Positions 11,717 to 26,357 of a DNA stretch of 64,000 bases are shown here, piece after piece. Below the pieces are notes generated by a model. That model was not told the DNA's origin. It saw nothing but the letters and a program-made list of their open reading frames with translations, and ran no database searches. This stretch comes from Octopus vulgaris (taxonomy: Eukaryota). The position numbers were made by a program, and so were the translations under genes. The stretch's first letter is position 1, and the number at the start of each line of letters is the position of its first letter. The stretch lies in assembly GCA_951406725.2 (NCBI GenBank), contig OX597815.1, forward strand, positions 4,898,001 to 4,962,000, in the 5' to 3' direction.

Positions 11717-13806
11717 TAACAGTTTAGTCAAATTCAGATGACTTAATGTTTCGTGGGTGCGTTGGACACGTCTGTCTCACCAGATATTAGGAAGGATATA
11801 TGTAGGCAGTTGGCGGATATTGTTGGTGTTTACAAAGGAGGCCAAGTATTCAATACGTGGAACAGTGTGTTCATTACGTTTAGAGCTAAAACTTTTAATT
11901 CTCACTATGACGTAGTCAATTATATAATTATTATTCAGACTTAATCATACAACTGATGACGAATCCCTCCGGAGAGCCACTTACTTAATACATATCCATT
12001 TATACAATATAATAAATAGGAAAACTACTTCATTTAATGAGGGTTATCTATGTAATTGGTATACAAGAACTCCCTTTAGATGAGGGGTCGACAAACTTCT
12101 TATATTAATGACCCCCTTCACGGAATCGTTGTTAACTTATCGAGCCCCGAAATAAAAAGTATGATCAACAAAAATTATATCTAAAGAAATTTAATGAAAA
12201 TACAGAAATTCAATGATTGTTTTCGTGAATATTTAATGTGAATTAAATGTTGTGGTGAAAACTATTTATTGAAATTTGGTACGAAATTAGTGCAATTAGC
12301 TTTAAATTATTGCACTTTCTTAAATTAAGTTCACTAATGATTCAGCACCCTTAATGCTCAAGATCGTTTCAAGTGTTTGTCAACTCCTTGAATAGTCACA
12401 AAACCATTCCTGGAGATCAATATCGATCACTTTGGTGATCCTTGCCCGAAAGGATTCGAAATCTAAAAAAAAAGCAATAAAACAAGGGAGATAACTGTTA
12501 TAAGATACGAAAGTTTTCCTTTTTAAACTTTTATTTTGAAAATAAACCAAAAATTGAAAAAAATAATAATAAATAAATAAAGACGATGTAGATGGGGATG
12601 GATCTGGTCTTTAAAGCTAACTGCTGAAAGGAACAAGCATGTTTCAATCTTATTAAACCTCTTCAGTCAACACATTCAAAGATTCTATTTCTCTGTTTTG
12701 GTATGGCTTCTACAATTGGATGCCCTTAGTAAATGCTAACCAATTCACAGGGTGTACTGGGTGCTTATAACGTGGCACCAGCATGGGCACTTTTATGTGA
12801 CACAGGCACAGATATTGTTATGCAGCAACGACATGGGTGCACATACATGGCACCAGCATCCACGAGCCCACAAAACTGGGATCTTTTGCCTGAGAGACGG
12901 ATGTAGAAAACATGTCTGTGTTCATGGGTGGCCACGATTTTATCTTGATCGATGTCTCCTAAAGTACAACAAATTGCCAGAAGTCTCGGTCCCTTATCAT
13001 CTCCTCCGTGTGACATTATTCATCATCATCATCATCATTTAACGTCCGCTTTCCATGCTAGCATGGGTTGGACGATTTGACTGAGGTCTGGCGAACCAGA
13101 CAGCTGCACAAGGCTCCAATCTTGATCTGGCAGAGTTTCTACAGCTGGATGCCCTTCCTAACGCCAACCACTCCGAGAGTGTAGTGGGTGCTTTTTACGT
13201 GCCACCGGCTAGTGACAAAAGCAGTATTAGTTCAGAATAGCATACTGTATATCTTGCTTAATGTAGATATATTGTAAGAGAGTCACAAAACTGCAAGATA
13301 CATTTTGAGAAAGCTTGTCATATAGACTTGCAACACTAGTTTGCCACTGTTTTATGAAGTGAGTTAATGGCCAGCTGTAGTGTGTACGCATGTACCTTAA
13401 ATGTGTATGTGTGTATGTTTCGTGACGTATAAGCAGGTCTGTTCGAATGAGGCATGGGAAAAAATAAACAACTTTTATCTCCACGGCTTTGAAGCTGACA
13501 GCAGTTGGCCAATGGAAGGTGTCATGGTATGTCTGTCTGTCTATCTGTCTATCTATCTATCTATCTTACATACATACATACTTCCACACACACACACACA
13601 CACACATAGTGAGTAGGAGAAAGAGGAGGAGAGAAAGTTGTCTGTTTACTGTTGATGATGATTTCAACTTCAAAGCTTTTAAGCTGTATTAGTTGGTCTA
13701 TATAGACGGTGATTACTCTGATCATCAAGAATTATTAAATGTGCACGCACATATATAAGTATATACACAATATGGGTATGTGTGTGTGTGTATATAAAAT
13801 ATAGAC

Positions 13807-14002
13807 ATGCATATATAATTGTATCTGTATATAATATACATTATATATAAACATATGTATATATACATATATATATATGCATATATAATTGTATCTGTAT
13901 ATAATATACATTATATATAAACATATGTATATATACATATATATATATGCATATATAATTGTATCTGTATATAATATACATTATATATAAACATATGTAT
14001 AT

Positions 14003-14010
<8 letters not shown>
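13807..14010 (+). repeat. 70-bp AT-rich tandem repeat x3
   Basis: ATGCATATATAATTGTATCTG... starts at 13807, 13877 and 13947. Confidence 0.85.
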
Positions 14011-14045
<35 letters not shown>

Positions 14046-14289
14046 CCAATTTATTGTTCTCTCTCTCTCTGTGTATATATATGTAAACATACATTACACA
14101 GATACATTTGTAGATATATACATATACACGTGTGTGTGTATATGTCTATATGTGTATGCCTGTGTGTATTGAAACCAGATTTTCTTGCTAAGCTGGCCAC
14201 AAAAAAGACAATTGCCTCATTGATACAGTCATGCAAGTTTGGGAAACATGTTTCGCAGATGACAACAACGACAATGATGATGGTGATTA

Positions 14290-14321
<32 letters not shown>

Positions 14322-15084
14322 AAGATGAAGATTATTGTATAAGTGTACTTGTGTGCAAATGTGTACAGACACTCAGGCACACATAAATCTAAATGCATTC
14401 AGGGTGAAGCTGGCATTCTACCATTTATGATGATGAGGGTCACAGTTCATCCGGTCAGTGGAACAGCCTGCTCATGAAATTAATGTGCAAGTGGCTGAGT
14501 ATCTGCAGACATGTGTACCCTTACCGTAATGGTCCAGTCAGCTTAAAATATCTGGTCGTGTGTGTTATGGTCTAGTCACCAAATCGTAAATTAGGTACTA
14601 CTATTGACCTCCCATCGGTTATGACAATGAGGGTTCCAGTTGATCCGATCAACGGAACAGCCTGCTCGTGAAATTAACATGCAAGTGGCTGAGCACTCCA
14701 CAGACATGTGTACCCTTAACGTAGATCTCGGGGGAGATTCAGCATGACACAGAGTGTGACAAGGCTGGCCCTTTGAATTACAGGTACACCAGAAACAGGA
14801 AGAAAGAGTGAGGGAAAGTTATGGTGAAAGAATACAGCAGGGTTCGCCACCAGCCCTTGCCGGAGCCTCGTGGAACTTTAAGGTGTTTCTGCTCAATAAA
14901 CACTCGCAACGCCCAGTCTGGGAATTGAAACTGCAATCCTACGACTGTGAGTCCGCTACCCTAACCACTGAGCCATTGCACCTCCACTCGTAAATCAGGT
15001 AGTTCATGAAGGAGTCATACACAATGGTTGGTGTAGCAGCACCATAGTGAACTGCTACAAAGGTAAAAGTGATGCTTAAAATAG

Positions 15085-15250
15085 AAATAACTACAGGTGT
15101 ATCAAATTGCTGGATCAGGTGATGAAGGTCATGGAGAGGGTCATAACCCAACTAATTAGGGAGAGAGTTAGTCTAGATGAGATGCAGTTTGGTTTTGTGT
15201 CATGGAGAAGCACCACTGGTGCTATGTTTCTGGTAAGAGAACTGCATAGT
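15085..15250 (+). mobile_element. RTE-clade LINE reverse-transcriptase fragment
   Basis: NYR-IKLLDQVMKVMERVITQLIRERVSLDEMQFGFV...STTGAMFLVREL (RT domains 1-2). Confidence 0.8.
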
Positions 15251-17840
15251 GAGATCGCAGCTGGGGTTGATATCAGCATTGCATATCCACCCCATTTAGA
15301 AGTACCCTAGAATTGTCGGGTGATATCTCTTTCTCTCTTTTACTTGTTTCTGTCATTTGACTGCGGCCATGCTGGAGCACTGCCTTTAGTCGAGTAAATC
15401 GACACCGGGACTTATTCTTTGTAAGCCCAGTACTTATTCTATCGGTCTCTTTTGCCGAACCGCTAAGTGACAGGGACGTAAACATACCAGCATCGGTTGT
15501 CAGGCAATGCTAGGGGGACAAACACAGACACACATACATATATATATATACATATATATATATATATGACAGGCTTCTTTCAGCTTCCGTCTACCAAATC
15601 CACTCACAAGGCATTGGTCGGCCCGGGGCTATAGCAGAAGACACTTGCCCAAGATGCCACGCAGTGGGACTGAACCCGGAACCATGTGGTTGGTAAGCAA
15701 GCTACTTACCACACAGCCACTCCTATGCTGTGCTTGAGAAGACCTACTGAGTCAAGTAAAATCATAATCAAAATGGAAATTGTAGTTGTGGCTGATGCGA
15801 GTGCCACCTGACTGGCTCCCCATGCTGGTGGCACATAAAAAGCACCATCCAAACATGGTCGATGCCAGTGCCCTCCGGCTGGCTCCAGACCCCAGTCAAA
15901 CTGTCCAACCCATGCCAGCATGGAAAACGGACATTAAACAATGATGATGATGATGGTTCAGCATGTGACATGGTAGGCCCCTTTTGAATTACTGGAACAA
16001 CTCCTTTTTGCCAGCTGAGTGGACTGGAACAATGTGTCTTGCTCAAGGGACACAACGTGTGGCTGGGTATTGAACTCACGACCTTACAACTTAGCTACAT
16101 GCTTTCACTCAGCTTGAAGCAGAACTGATATCCTGCAGCCAAATATTTTTGAGTTCAAACTCTGATCTAATCTAACTATAATGCCCCAGGATGAAATATG
16201 CCTTTATATTACTGTCGTAGCTGTCTGCTTTAGTTTAACCCTGGGTAGGGTGGGTGGTCAGAAGAATTCTTATATCACTGACCCCTTCAAGGAATCTTTC
16301 ATAACTTGTTGAGGCCCCTGCCACTATCTTTTATCTTTTGCTTGTATCACTCATTAGACTGCGGCCATGCTGGGGCACCACCTTGAAAAATTTCCACTCG
16401 AATGAATCAACCCCAGCATTTATTTTTTTTTTATGTCTGGTACTTATTCTATTGGTCTCTTTTGCTGAACTGCTAAGTTACAGGGACGTAAACACACTAA
16501 CACTGGTTGGTGACAGACAGACAGACACACACGATGGGTCTTTTACGTTTCTGTCTACCAAATCCACTCACAAGGTTTTGGTCAGCTCTAGCCTATAGTG
16601 GAAGACACTTGCACCCTGCTGTGCCATGCAGTGGGACTGAACCAGGAGCCATGTGGCTGGAAAGCAAGCTGCTTACCACACAGCCAGCAATCATCTAAAT
16701 TTCTAAATCAAAATTAAAAAAGTATAATTGAATTATAAATTTCTTGATTTAAAAACAAGTCCTTCATTCTTTTGTGTCATTATCACTTTTTAATAAAAAA
16801 TATTTACAGAAATTTAATGAAAATTTTTAACGAAATTCATAAAGAACAGAATACATTCAGTAACATTCTTTTCATAAAGTCAGAATATTTAAAGTGTAAT
16901 ATTCATCCAAACTGTATCTGCCCATCCCTACAGAACACTGAAGAGATGGAGATGGCATGGAGGATCTCGTTGCCTCTTGACAGAATCGGCCGCAAGGAAC
17001 TGACCTTTTGCTCTTTCCTGTAATATTACTACATGTATGTGTAACACATAGTTACTACATGTGTGTTTTCTTCTTATACTTTCTAATGCTTTGGAATAAA
17101 TAGACACACTGGAATGTCTACAGGATGATGTATGTCATTTTTGCATCCTCTCCATTCTCTTATTTGCTGTATATCATCATCATCATCGTTTAATGTCCGC
17201 TTTCCATGCTAGCATGGGTTGGACAATTTGACTGAGGACTGGCGAACCAGATGTCTGCATCAGGCTCCAATCTGGTTTGCCAGTCCTCAGTCAAATCGTT
17301 CAACCCATATTAGCATGGAAAGCAGACATTAAACGATGATGATGATGATGGAAACCAAAATAAAAAGTTGAACAATTAAATAATTTAATTATTATTTATA
17401 TAGGTAAAAAAAAACCAGTAAATTCTTTGGATATTTAATATCCCTTTGGCGGTTATTTAACACCTAACTAAATTTATATATATATATATATATAAATTTT
17501 TTTGACTGCTCCTTCTAGCATGTAAGGCAGCCTGTAAAAGGTCACTTCTTTTGTATTTAACTGTATGCCAATTTTATATGGAAAATATATATATATATAT
17601 ATATATACATATATCTGTGCTGGTGCCATGTAAAAGTCACTCAGTACACTCTGTAAAGTGGTTGGTATTAGGAAGAGTATCCAACTGTAGAGACCAAGCC
17701 AAAACAGAGAATTGGAGCCTGGTGCAGCCTCTGGCACTACCAGTTCCTGTCAAACAGTCCAACCCATGCCATCATACAAAACAGATGTTAAATGATGACG
17801 ATTTATGTTTGTGTGTGTGTCTATACACACACACACACAT

Positions 17841-18342
17841 AACAAGGGGAAGCGAAATGCCTTCATTTCACATAGTTTTAATATCTTTTCATAAAAAAAT
17901 TTAAATATACATATTTTATGGATGGTAAAAGCCTCATAAAATGTAGTGATATCCTTCATATAGTTTTAATATGTAGTTTTTCACGCTAAGAGTTGCTGAA
18001 GCATGGAACAAACTGCCGGCATCAGTTGTTAGTTGTCGGAGCAGTGCATCCTTCAAAACTTCCATGCTTTCTGAGATTCGCCAACGCTACACCTGATCTT
18101 TCTCCCCTCCATACACACACGCAAGCATCTATCTGACTCATACACTGTTCGCTTTCCAGACATTTCTACATTACTGCATATGCTTTATACACACTTTTGA
18201 CAAGTTGTGGTGCACCTGAGCACTGTATACAATAATTTCATTATTATTATGATATCTTTACCATCCATAAAATATATTTAAATTTTTTTATAAAAAGATA
18301 TTAAAACTATATGAAATGAAGGCATTTCTCTTCCCCTTGTTA
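17841..18342. mobile_element. Inverted-repeat element (~90-bp arms) with a CR1/L2-type 3' end inside (17977-18250)
   Basis: AACAAGGGGAAG...ATGGATGGTAAA is inverted at 18258-18342. The insert encodes FTLRVAEAWNKLPASVV...FKTS* and ends in AATAAT/(ATT)n. Confidence 0.7.
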
Positions 18343-18494
18343 AACATGTTTCCCACATATTTTCACTTCATAATTTTGCCACATGGTGTATACCGATTCT
18401 CCAGCATTGTTGCTCCTTTTATATTTCTATTATATATATATTTTGTTTTTGTATTTGGTTTGCAAGATTCTTTATGTGAATTTGTGTGTTGAAG

Positions 18495-18872
18495 CATGTT
18501 TTATTGTGTCTGGGGAGAGTCATCCCGTTTTAATGCCTTATTAATTTAACACACTCACCAGTTTGATTTGCGCTCATTTAGTTTTTATTCTCTTATTTGT
18601 TTCAGTCATTTGACTGCGGCCATGCTGGAGCACCACCTTTAGTCGAACAAACCGACCCCAGAACTTATTCTTTGTAAGCCTAGTACTTATTCTATTGGTC
18701 TCTTAGCTTAGTTTTTCCTTGGGGCTGGCCAGATTGGAGCAATCTCAAGTATTATCAGCCGAAATTGCGAAGATAATCTGGTACTCGACTGAGGAAAGAA
18801 AACTCTGAATGACCCATCCTTGTTTTCTTTGTATCGTCTATCTGGATGTTCTGTTGTCCCATTTTGTATTTT

Positions 18873-18904
<32 letters not shown>

Positions 18905-19240
18905 CATACACACACGACAGGCTTCTTTTCAGTTTCCGTCTACCAAATCCACTCACAAGGCTTTGGTCAGCCCGAGGCTATAGTAGAAGACACTTGCCCA
19001 AGGTGCCATGCAGTGGGACTGAACCCATAACCATGTGGTTGATAAGCAAGCTACTTACCACACAGCCACTCTTTTCTAAAATTTTCATTGCATCTTGCAA
19101 CCTCTTCAATAGTTGTTGAAAAGGTTGCAAGGGACAACAAAAATTTTAGAAAAAATAAATAACTAAATGAATGGAAATCGAACCAGTGAGTGTGTTAAAT
19201 AATAAGGCACTGAAAGAGAATGACCCTCCCCAGACATAAT
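18495..19240. mobile_element. Palindromic element just 3' of the TYW5 stop, with a SINE inserted in one arm
   Basis: 18495-18590 plus 19072-19110 is the inverted counterpart of 19113-19240. A family-A SINE occupies ~18590-19070. Confidence 0.75.
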
Positions 19241-19268
19241 AATATATATATATATATATATATGTGTA

Positions 19269-19558
19269 TCATGAGTCTTCCGTAGATGGTTCTTCTGTGT
19301 CATCATTTGACTGTTTTAAATAACATTTACGTTCAATACGAGAGACCAACAAACGGGCATAAAAATCTTTATATTCAGGAGGCAAAACACCCAAAGTTTT
19401 TATCGCTCGGTCGACAATCTGTGTAGCACTCTGCATTGCTAAAGGGTCCTTGTTTCCATAGGGATCTTTGGGGTTATAGAGAGCGGGATCCAGGTGTTTC
19501 CAGAAAACATTGACAGCAATTCCAAACTCCTCTGATATAACGTTGTGGAACCACAGAG
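19269..19558 (-). CDS. TYW5: TYW5 exon 7, last coding exon ([13 protein letters not shown]...YGNKDP...YKDFYAR...TEDS*)
   Basis: Acceptor ttgcttcag|, TGA at 19271-19269. WFHNV supplies the third Fe ligand. The seven exons sum to 1014 nt = 337 aa plus stop, with no frameshift. Confidence 0.96.
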
Positions 19559-20178
19559 CTGAAGCAAGAAAGGAGAAATAATATTCAATCAATAAATCTA
19601 TAAATATTCAGATACACAATTAAACAAAGAATAATAATTTATGTGCATAAATAATTAGAAATATAATGAATTCAATCACATTAATATTAATACAGTTCAT
19701 AAATATGATAATTTATTAATAGAGAAGTGGAGGCGCAATGGCCCAGTGGTTAGGGCAGCGAACTCACAGTCGTAGGATCATGGTTTCAATTCCTAGACCA
19801 GGCATTGTGAGTGTTTATTGAGCAGAAACACCCACAGCTCCACGAGGCTCCAGCAGGGGGTAGTGGTGAACCCTGCTCTACTCTTTCACCACAACTTTCT
19901 CTCATTCTTTCTTCCTGTTTCTGTTACACCTGTATTTCAAAGGGGCCAGCCTTGTCACACTCTGTGTCACACTGAATCTCCCCCAAGAACTACATTCAGG
20001 CTCCATGTGCTCATGTGGAGTGTTCAGCCACTTGCATTTTAATTTCACGAGCAGGCTGTTCCGTTGATCGGATCAACTGGAACCCTTGAGGATTAATAGA
20101 GAAAGTAGTCTTTGTGTGTGGCAGATGTGGAGGTACAGAACATAAACCTCCTCAAATGTCCAGCAAGATCCTTAGAAG

Positions 20179-20415
20179 TCATCATCATCATCATTGTTCG
20201 ACCGTGGTCGAGACAATGGAATTTACCATGCTACGACAGACTTCACGGTCCATCATGGCATTACGGAGGTCCGGTTGCTGGATGCCTGTATCCCTGGAGA
20301 TTACATCAGGGTAGGAGAGTCTGGTATCGTGAGCAGATGGCTTCCAGAGGAGAAGAGTAGAAATTACCTCTTTTTCAGCTCTACAACAATGTCCAGCAAA
20401 CTGGACTCTCCTACC
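20179..20415 (-). mobile_element. RTE-clade LINE 3' end
   Basis: RVQFAGHCCRAEKEVISTLLLWKP...DTG...DLRNAMMDREV, then a (GAT)n tail. Confidence 0.75.
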
Positions 20416-21383
20416 TTTCACAAGAGATGATACAGGTGGTAGTTTCCCATATATTTGTACTTTGGTTGGATGGCACCTCCACGAGAGATTTAGACTTAGA
20501 AGTAGCAGACAGCAGTGGAGGAGGCAGTTCTGAAGACATAGCTGTTAGAATAAGAACAGGTTGGTACCAAAGGGCCTCTCCCTCACAGTGAAAGGCAGCA
20601 GGAAGATGGGAGACAAATTGGTGGGAAATAATCTTCTGACGTTGAGCCTCACAAAGGAGATGACAAGTGATCAAGACTTCAGGGGATGCTGTGCTTGAGA
20701 AGATGCATCAAGCTAAAGGAACTTGTGGCCATCTACACATACAGGCATGTCCTTTACAGTTATGCTCCACCCACCCACCATCTTCTTGCGTCAGGCTCCT
20801 CCTATCCACTTTACATCTCCTCACCTTTCCCACCACCCAGCCACTCCAATTCCCCTCACCATCACTTGATACAGCCATGTCTTCCCCATCTCTAAACATC
20901 TCCGCAAACACTCTTACGGAACATCCCTCCCCTCTATCCCCTCTAAACTACCTATACTCCTCCCTCCCCCACTGTTCCCTGTAGATAGGTCTCAGTACAT
21001 CTCCAACACTATCAACTCTCCTTCTCTCTCTCCCACCTTCTTTCTCTTTCCTGCTCATACTGGGGTAGCCATGTACCCCCTCTGTCGTAAGATGACTATC
21101 TCTGTGCCCCTATCACATTCAACTCTCTCACCTGCCTCACAGCCTCTTCCCTTCACTCTGCTCCTTCTCCCAATGAACAGTATTTTGTCTTGGAGGCTAT
21201 TTGGCAAGCCTCTTGGTGCTGGTGCCATGTAGAAAGCACCCAGTCCACTCTGCAAAGTGGTTGGCGTTAGTAAGGGCATCCGGCTGTAGAAACTACGCCA
21301 GTGTAACATCACTACCGTTTAACATCTGTCTTCCATGCTGGCATGGGTCGGATGATTTGACAGGAGCTGGTAAGGCAAGGAAC

Positions 21384-21420
<37 letters not shown>

Positions 21421-23758
21421 CCTTGTCCTAACACCACGTGATCATTGTAAATGAGCAGCACCGTGATGTTGTTTGTTTCAAGCCCTCCGTCATGGGGAAA
21501 TATTGCATTAATCGGAAACAGGTGATGGTTGGTGACTGGGAGAGCGTCCAACTGTTCAAAATCTGTCTCAACAACTTCAGCACGACCTGTGCAGGTATGG
21601 AAAAGCAGGTGTTAAATGATGATGATGATGATGATGATGACAACAGTTGGCCTGTTGTCTCTGTAACTGTGTGTGTCAGAAGATAAAGGACAATGTGTAA
21701 GGAGTTGGGGAAGGGCTGCCCAGCCATTGTTAGACTGGACAGAAATGGATGTGGTGATGATGATGACGACGATGATGATGATGCAAACGAGTGTTGAATG
21801 GCAATAGTAAAAACGTCGGTAATTAATATCTACATTAATTCAACCAATTATAAATAATAAATCAGACAGCAGAGAACCAGACAAACTGAACAGAGGTGTG
21901 TGTGTGTGTGTGTATGTATATATATATATATCATCATCGTCATCATTTAATGTCTGTTTTTCATGCTAGCATGTGTTGGATGGTTCGACCGGGGATCTGG
22001 GAAACCAGGAGGCTGCACCAGGCTCCAGTCTGATCTGGCAGTGTTTCTACAGCTGGATGCCCATCCTAACACCAACCACTTACAGAGTGTAGTGGGTGCT
22101 TTTTACGTGCCACCGGCACAGGTGCCAGGGGAAGCTGGCAGTGGCCACGATTGGTTGGTGCTTTTTATGTGCCACCGGCATGGAAGCCAGTCAAGGCGGC
22201 GCTGGCATCGGCCATGTTCGGATGGTGCTTTTTACGTGCCACCAAAACAGGGACCACAACTACAATTTCCATTTGATATTTATTTTGATGTTGATGTACT
22301 TGACTCAATAGGTCTCCTCAAGCACAGCAGGTCACCCTACGATCCAAGGTAAGCACAGCAGGCCGTCCTGCGATCCAAAGTACTTTGAATGGGCTGGGGC
22401 TGCTATGTGAAGCTGGTGCAGGAAACACCCATATATAAATATAAAACTGGAACAAAAACGCAATAGAGGATATTAAAACATTCGGAGAGATAGACGATAC
22501 AAAGGCAGACAAGAGAAATAAGAATTAGAAGGAGAGAAAAAAAAAAGACAGTCATTCTTGGCTTTCTGTTATCAGTCAAGTCCCAGACGTCACGACCATT
22601 TCAGGCAGTTACACATGATATGGTTACTCCCCAAAAAAGTCTAAGCTAAGAGCGTTAGACCCCTTTGTAAGAAAGCTAGCAAATGTGTACGGCAACAAAG
22701 GCAAAAAATAAACAACAAAATAAAACAGAGAACATGGTACACAATTACGAATACAAACAAGAAATAACAACAGGCGTCTTTCGACTAAGAAAGATTCAAA
22801 TTGAGCTGGTGTGTATGGAGTGAAAGCCTGAAGGCAGGAACACACACACACACATATATATATACATATACATTTATTTGTTTTGAGCCATTAGTCTGTT
22901 CCATGCTGGGGCACTGCTTTGTAGAATATTTAGTTGAGCAAATCGACCCTGACACTTTTTTAAAGCCTGGCACATATTCTGTCAGTTTATTTTGCCAAAC
23001 TGCTAAGTCATGGGATGTAAAAACACCAACACCAAACAATAGAGAGAACACATACACACACACACAAACACACATATATATAAATATATGACGGGCTTCT
23101 TTCAGTTTCTGTCTACCAAATCCACTCATAAGGCTTTAGCTGGCCCAAGACTATAGCAGAAGACACTTGACCAAGGTGCCACACAGTGGGATTGAACCTG
23201 GAACCATACGGTTGGGAAGCAAGCTTCTTACCACACAACCATGCCTGTGTTTGTAGCCATGCCAACACACACACACACACACATATATATATACTCTTTT
23301 ACTTGTTTCAGTCATTTGACTGCGGCCATGCTGGAGCACCGCCTTTAATCGAGCAACTCGACCCCGGGACTTATTCTTTTGTGAGCCCAGTACTTATTTT
23401 ATCGGTATCTTTTGCCGAACCGCTAAGTAACGGGGACATAAACACACCAGCATCGGTTGTCAAGCAATGCTAGGGGGACAAACACAGACACACGCATATA
23501 TATATATATATATATACATATATACGACGGGCTTCTTTTCAGTTTCCGTCTACCAAATCCATTCACAAGGCTTTGGTCGGCCTGAGGCTATAGTAGAAGA
23601 CACTTGCCGAAGGTGCCACGCAGTGGGACTGAACCCGGAACCATGTGGTTGGTAGACAAGCTACTTACCACACAGCCACTTCTGCGCCTATATATATATA
23701 TATCATCATCATCATCATCATCGTTTAGCGTCCGTTTTCCATGCTAGCATGGGTTGGA

Positions 23759-23799
<41 letters not shown>

Positions 23800-24305
23800 T
23801 AGAGAGAGAGAGAGAGAGAGAAAAATTGTGAGTTTGTGTGTGAGAGAGAGAGAGAGAGAGAGAACGAGAGAGAGGCAGGTGGGTTTAAAGGCCATATGGT
23901 TGGATAGATTATGTAGATATAGTGTATAGATAGGTAAGCTGATCCCCCATGCTATAATGCTGTATCCTACGTTCTTAATAATTTACTAGGCCAAGGAAAA
24001 CAAAAGCAGGTAAGGTCACTTGGTCAATAATAATTATGTAAATAGCCTTCCTGCACCAGTGTGTATGTGTGTACACACACGTGTGTGTGTGTGTGTGTGA
24101 CAGAAGTGGAGGCTGCTGATGGAGATTATCAAATTAAATGCGTTTAGTTTGCTCTCTGTAGTTTCTAAGTTCAAATACTGCCAAGGGAAATTTTATCTTC
24201 TATGTCCTTGGGGCTTGAAAACTATCTTTTATTTGTTTCAGTAATCAAGCCATGGCCATGCTAGGGCACTTCCTTGAAGGATTTTAGCCGAATGAATGAA
24301 TGAAT

Positions 24306-24351
<46 letters not shown>

Positions 24352-24390
24352 GCACCTAATATATATATATATATATATATATTATGCACC

Positions 24391-24452
<62 letters not shown>

Positions 24453-24561
24453 ATTCAAACAAGAAAACACAAAAAAACACAACAATGCGAGGACGTGGAG
24501 CAAATATAGTATTATTGGACGCTCAGGAAAGAAGGGAAGAAGGAGGATATATATATGCAAC

Positions 24562-24605
<44 letters not shown>

Positions 24606-24765
24606 TGCAGGAGTGGTTGTGTGGTAAGAAGTTTGCTTACCAGCCACATGGTTCGGGGTTCAGTCCCACTGCGTGGCATCTTGGGCAAGTGTCTTCTACT
24701 ATAGCCTTGGGCTGACCAAAGCCTTGTGAGTGGATTTAGTAGACGGAAACTGAAAGAAGCCCATC

Positions 24766-24806
<41 letters not shown>

Positions 24807-25017
24807 ATATGTCTATGTTTGTGTGTCTGTGTTTGTCTTCCCATCATTGCTTGATAACCAATGTTGGTATGTTTATGTCCCTGTAACTTAGTGGCTCGGC
24901 AAAAGAGCCCAATAGAATAAGTACTAGGCTTAGAAAGAATATCTCCTGGGGTTGATTTCTTCGACTAAAAGGCAATGCTCTAGCATGGCCAGAGTTAGAT
25001 GACTTAAACAAGTAAAA

Positions 25018-25068
<51 letters not shown>

Positions 25069-26155
25069 TACATATATACACATGCGATGGGCTTCTTTCA
25101 GTTTCTGTCTACCAAATCCACTAATAAGGCTTTGGCCAGCCTGAGGCTGTAGTATAAGACACTTGCCCAAGGTGCCATGCAGTGGGATGAGAACCTGGAA
25201 CCACGTGGTTGGGAAGCAAGCTTCTTACCACACACCCACACACACACCTTGTAGATGATAAATGAAAACCAGTAAAATACTTGGTTCAAATATACTCAGA
25301 CCCTGAAAAATGTTGTGGGTGCTGTGAGCCCTTCTCTTTGTCATGACACAAAAGAGAACAGGTTTGTCCGTGGGTATGTTGCTCTCACGCCGACTCAACG
25401 TTATGCTTGAATTCCTCACAAGCATTCGTAATCATCACAAGCGTCATCGTTAACCACACTCACCATCATCATCATCATCATCATCAAGCTAATGTGGGCA
25501 TTCCCTGCTTGATGCAGTCCTTGCTCAACATTAGGACTTAAGGCGGTGACCTGGCAGAATCGTTAGCACACCAGGTAAAATGCGTAGCCGTAATTCGTCT
25601 GCCGTTACGTTCTGAGTTCAAATTCCGCCGAGGTCGACTTTACCTTTCATCCATTCGAGGTCAATAAATTAAGTACCAGTTATGCACTGGGGTTGATGTA
25701 ATCGACTTAATCCGTTTGTCTGTCCTTGTTTGTCCCCTCTATTTTTAGCCCCTTGTGGGTAGTAAAGAAATAGATTAAATAAGTAGCAGTTATGACTTGG
25801 GGTCAATCTAATCAACTTAATCCGTTTGTCTGTCCTTGTTTGTCCCCTCTGTGTTTAGCCCCTTGTGGGCAATAAAGAAATAGACATTAGGACATAGGAT
25901 GGCATTGAGCTGGCAGAATCACAACTGCCCCTGGCAAGATGCTTAGCGACATTTTATCAGTCTTTATGCTGTGAGTTCAAATTCTGCTGGGGTCACCTTC
26001 ACCTTTCATTCGTTCAGGGTCGACAAAATAAGTACCAGTTATGTACTGGAGGTTGATGTAATTGATTTATGCCTCCACTGAAGTTGTTGGCAGCCTAGTG
26101 TTAAAATTTGAAACCATCATTGCCATTTTGTGCTAAATGAAGCAGTGAGGAATGA

Positions 26156-26237
<82 letters not shown>

Positions 26238-26258
26238 AAAAATAATAATAATAAAAAA

Positions 26259-26292
<34 letters not shown>

Positions 26293-26325
26293 TAATAATA
26301 ATAAAAAAAATAATAATAATAAAAA

Positions 26326-26357
<32 letters not shown>

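Noticed and set aside
11720-11975. Possible hammerhead fragments (CTGGTGA...CACGAAACATT on minus; CTGATGA at ~11953 on plus)
   Set aside because: I could not assemble both core halves with compatible stems I and II.
18705-18870. GAAA/CTGA-containing insert here and a similar one at 22540-22640
   Set aside because: Probably Penelope-like terminal relics, but no convincing catalytic core could be folded.
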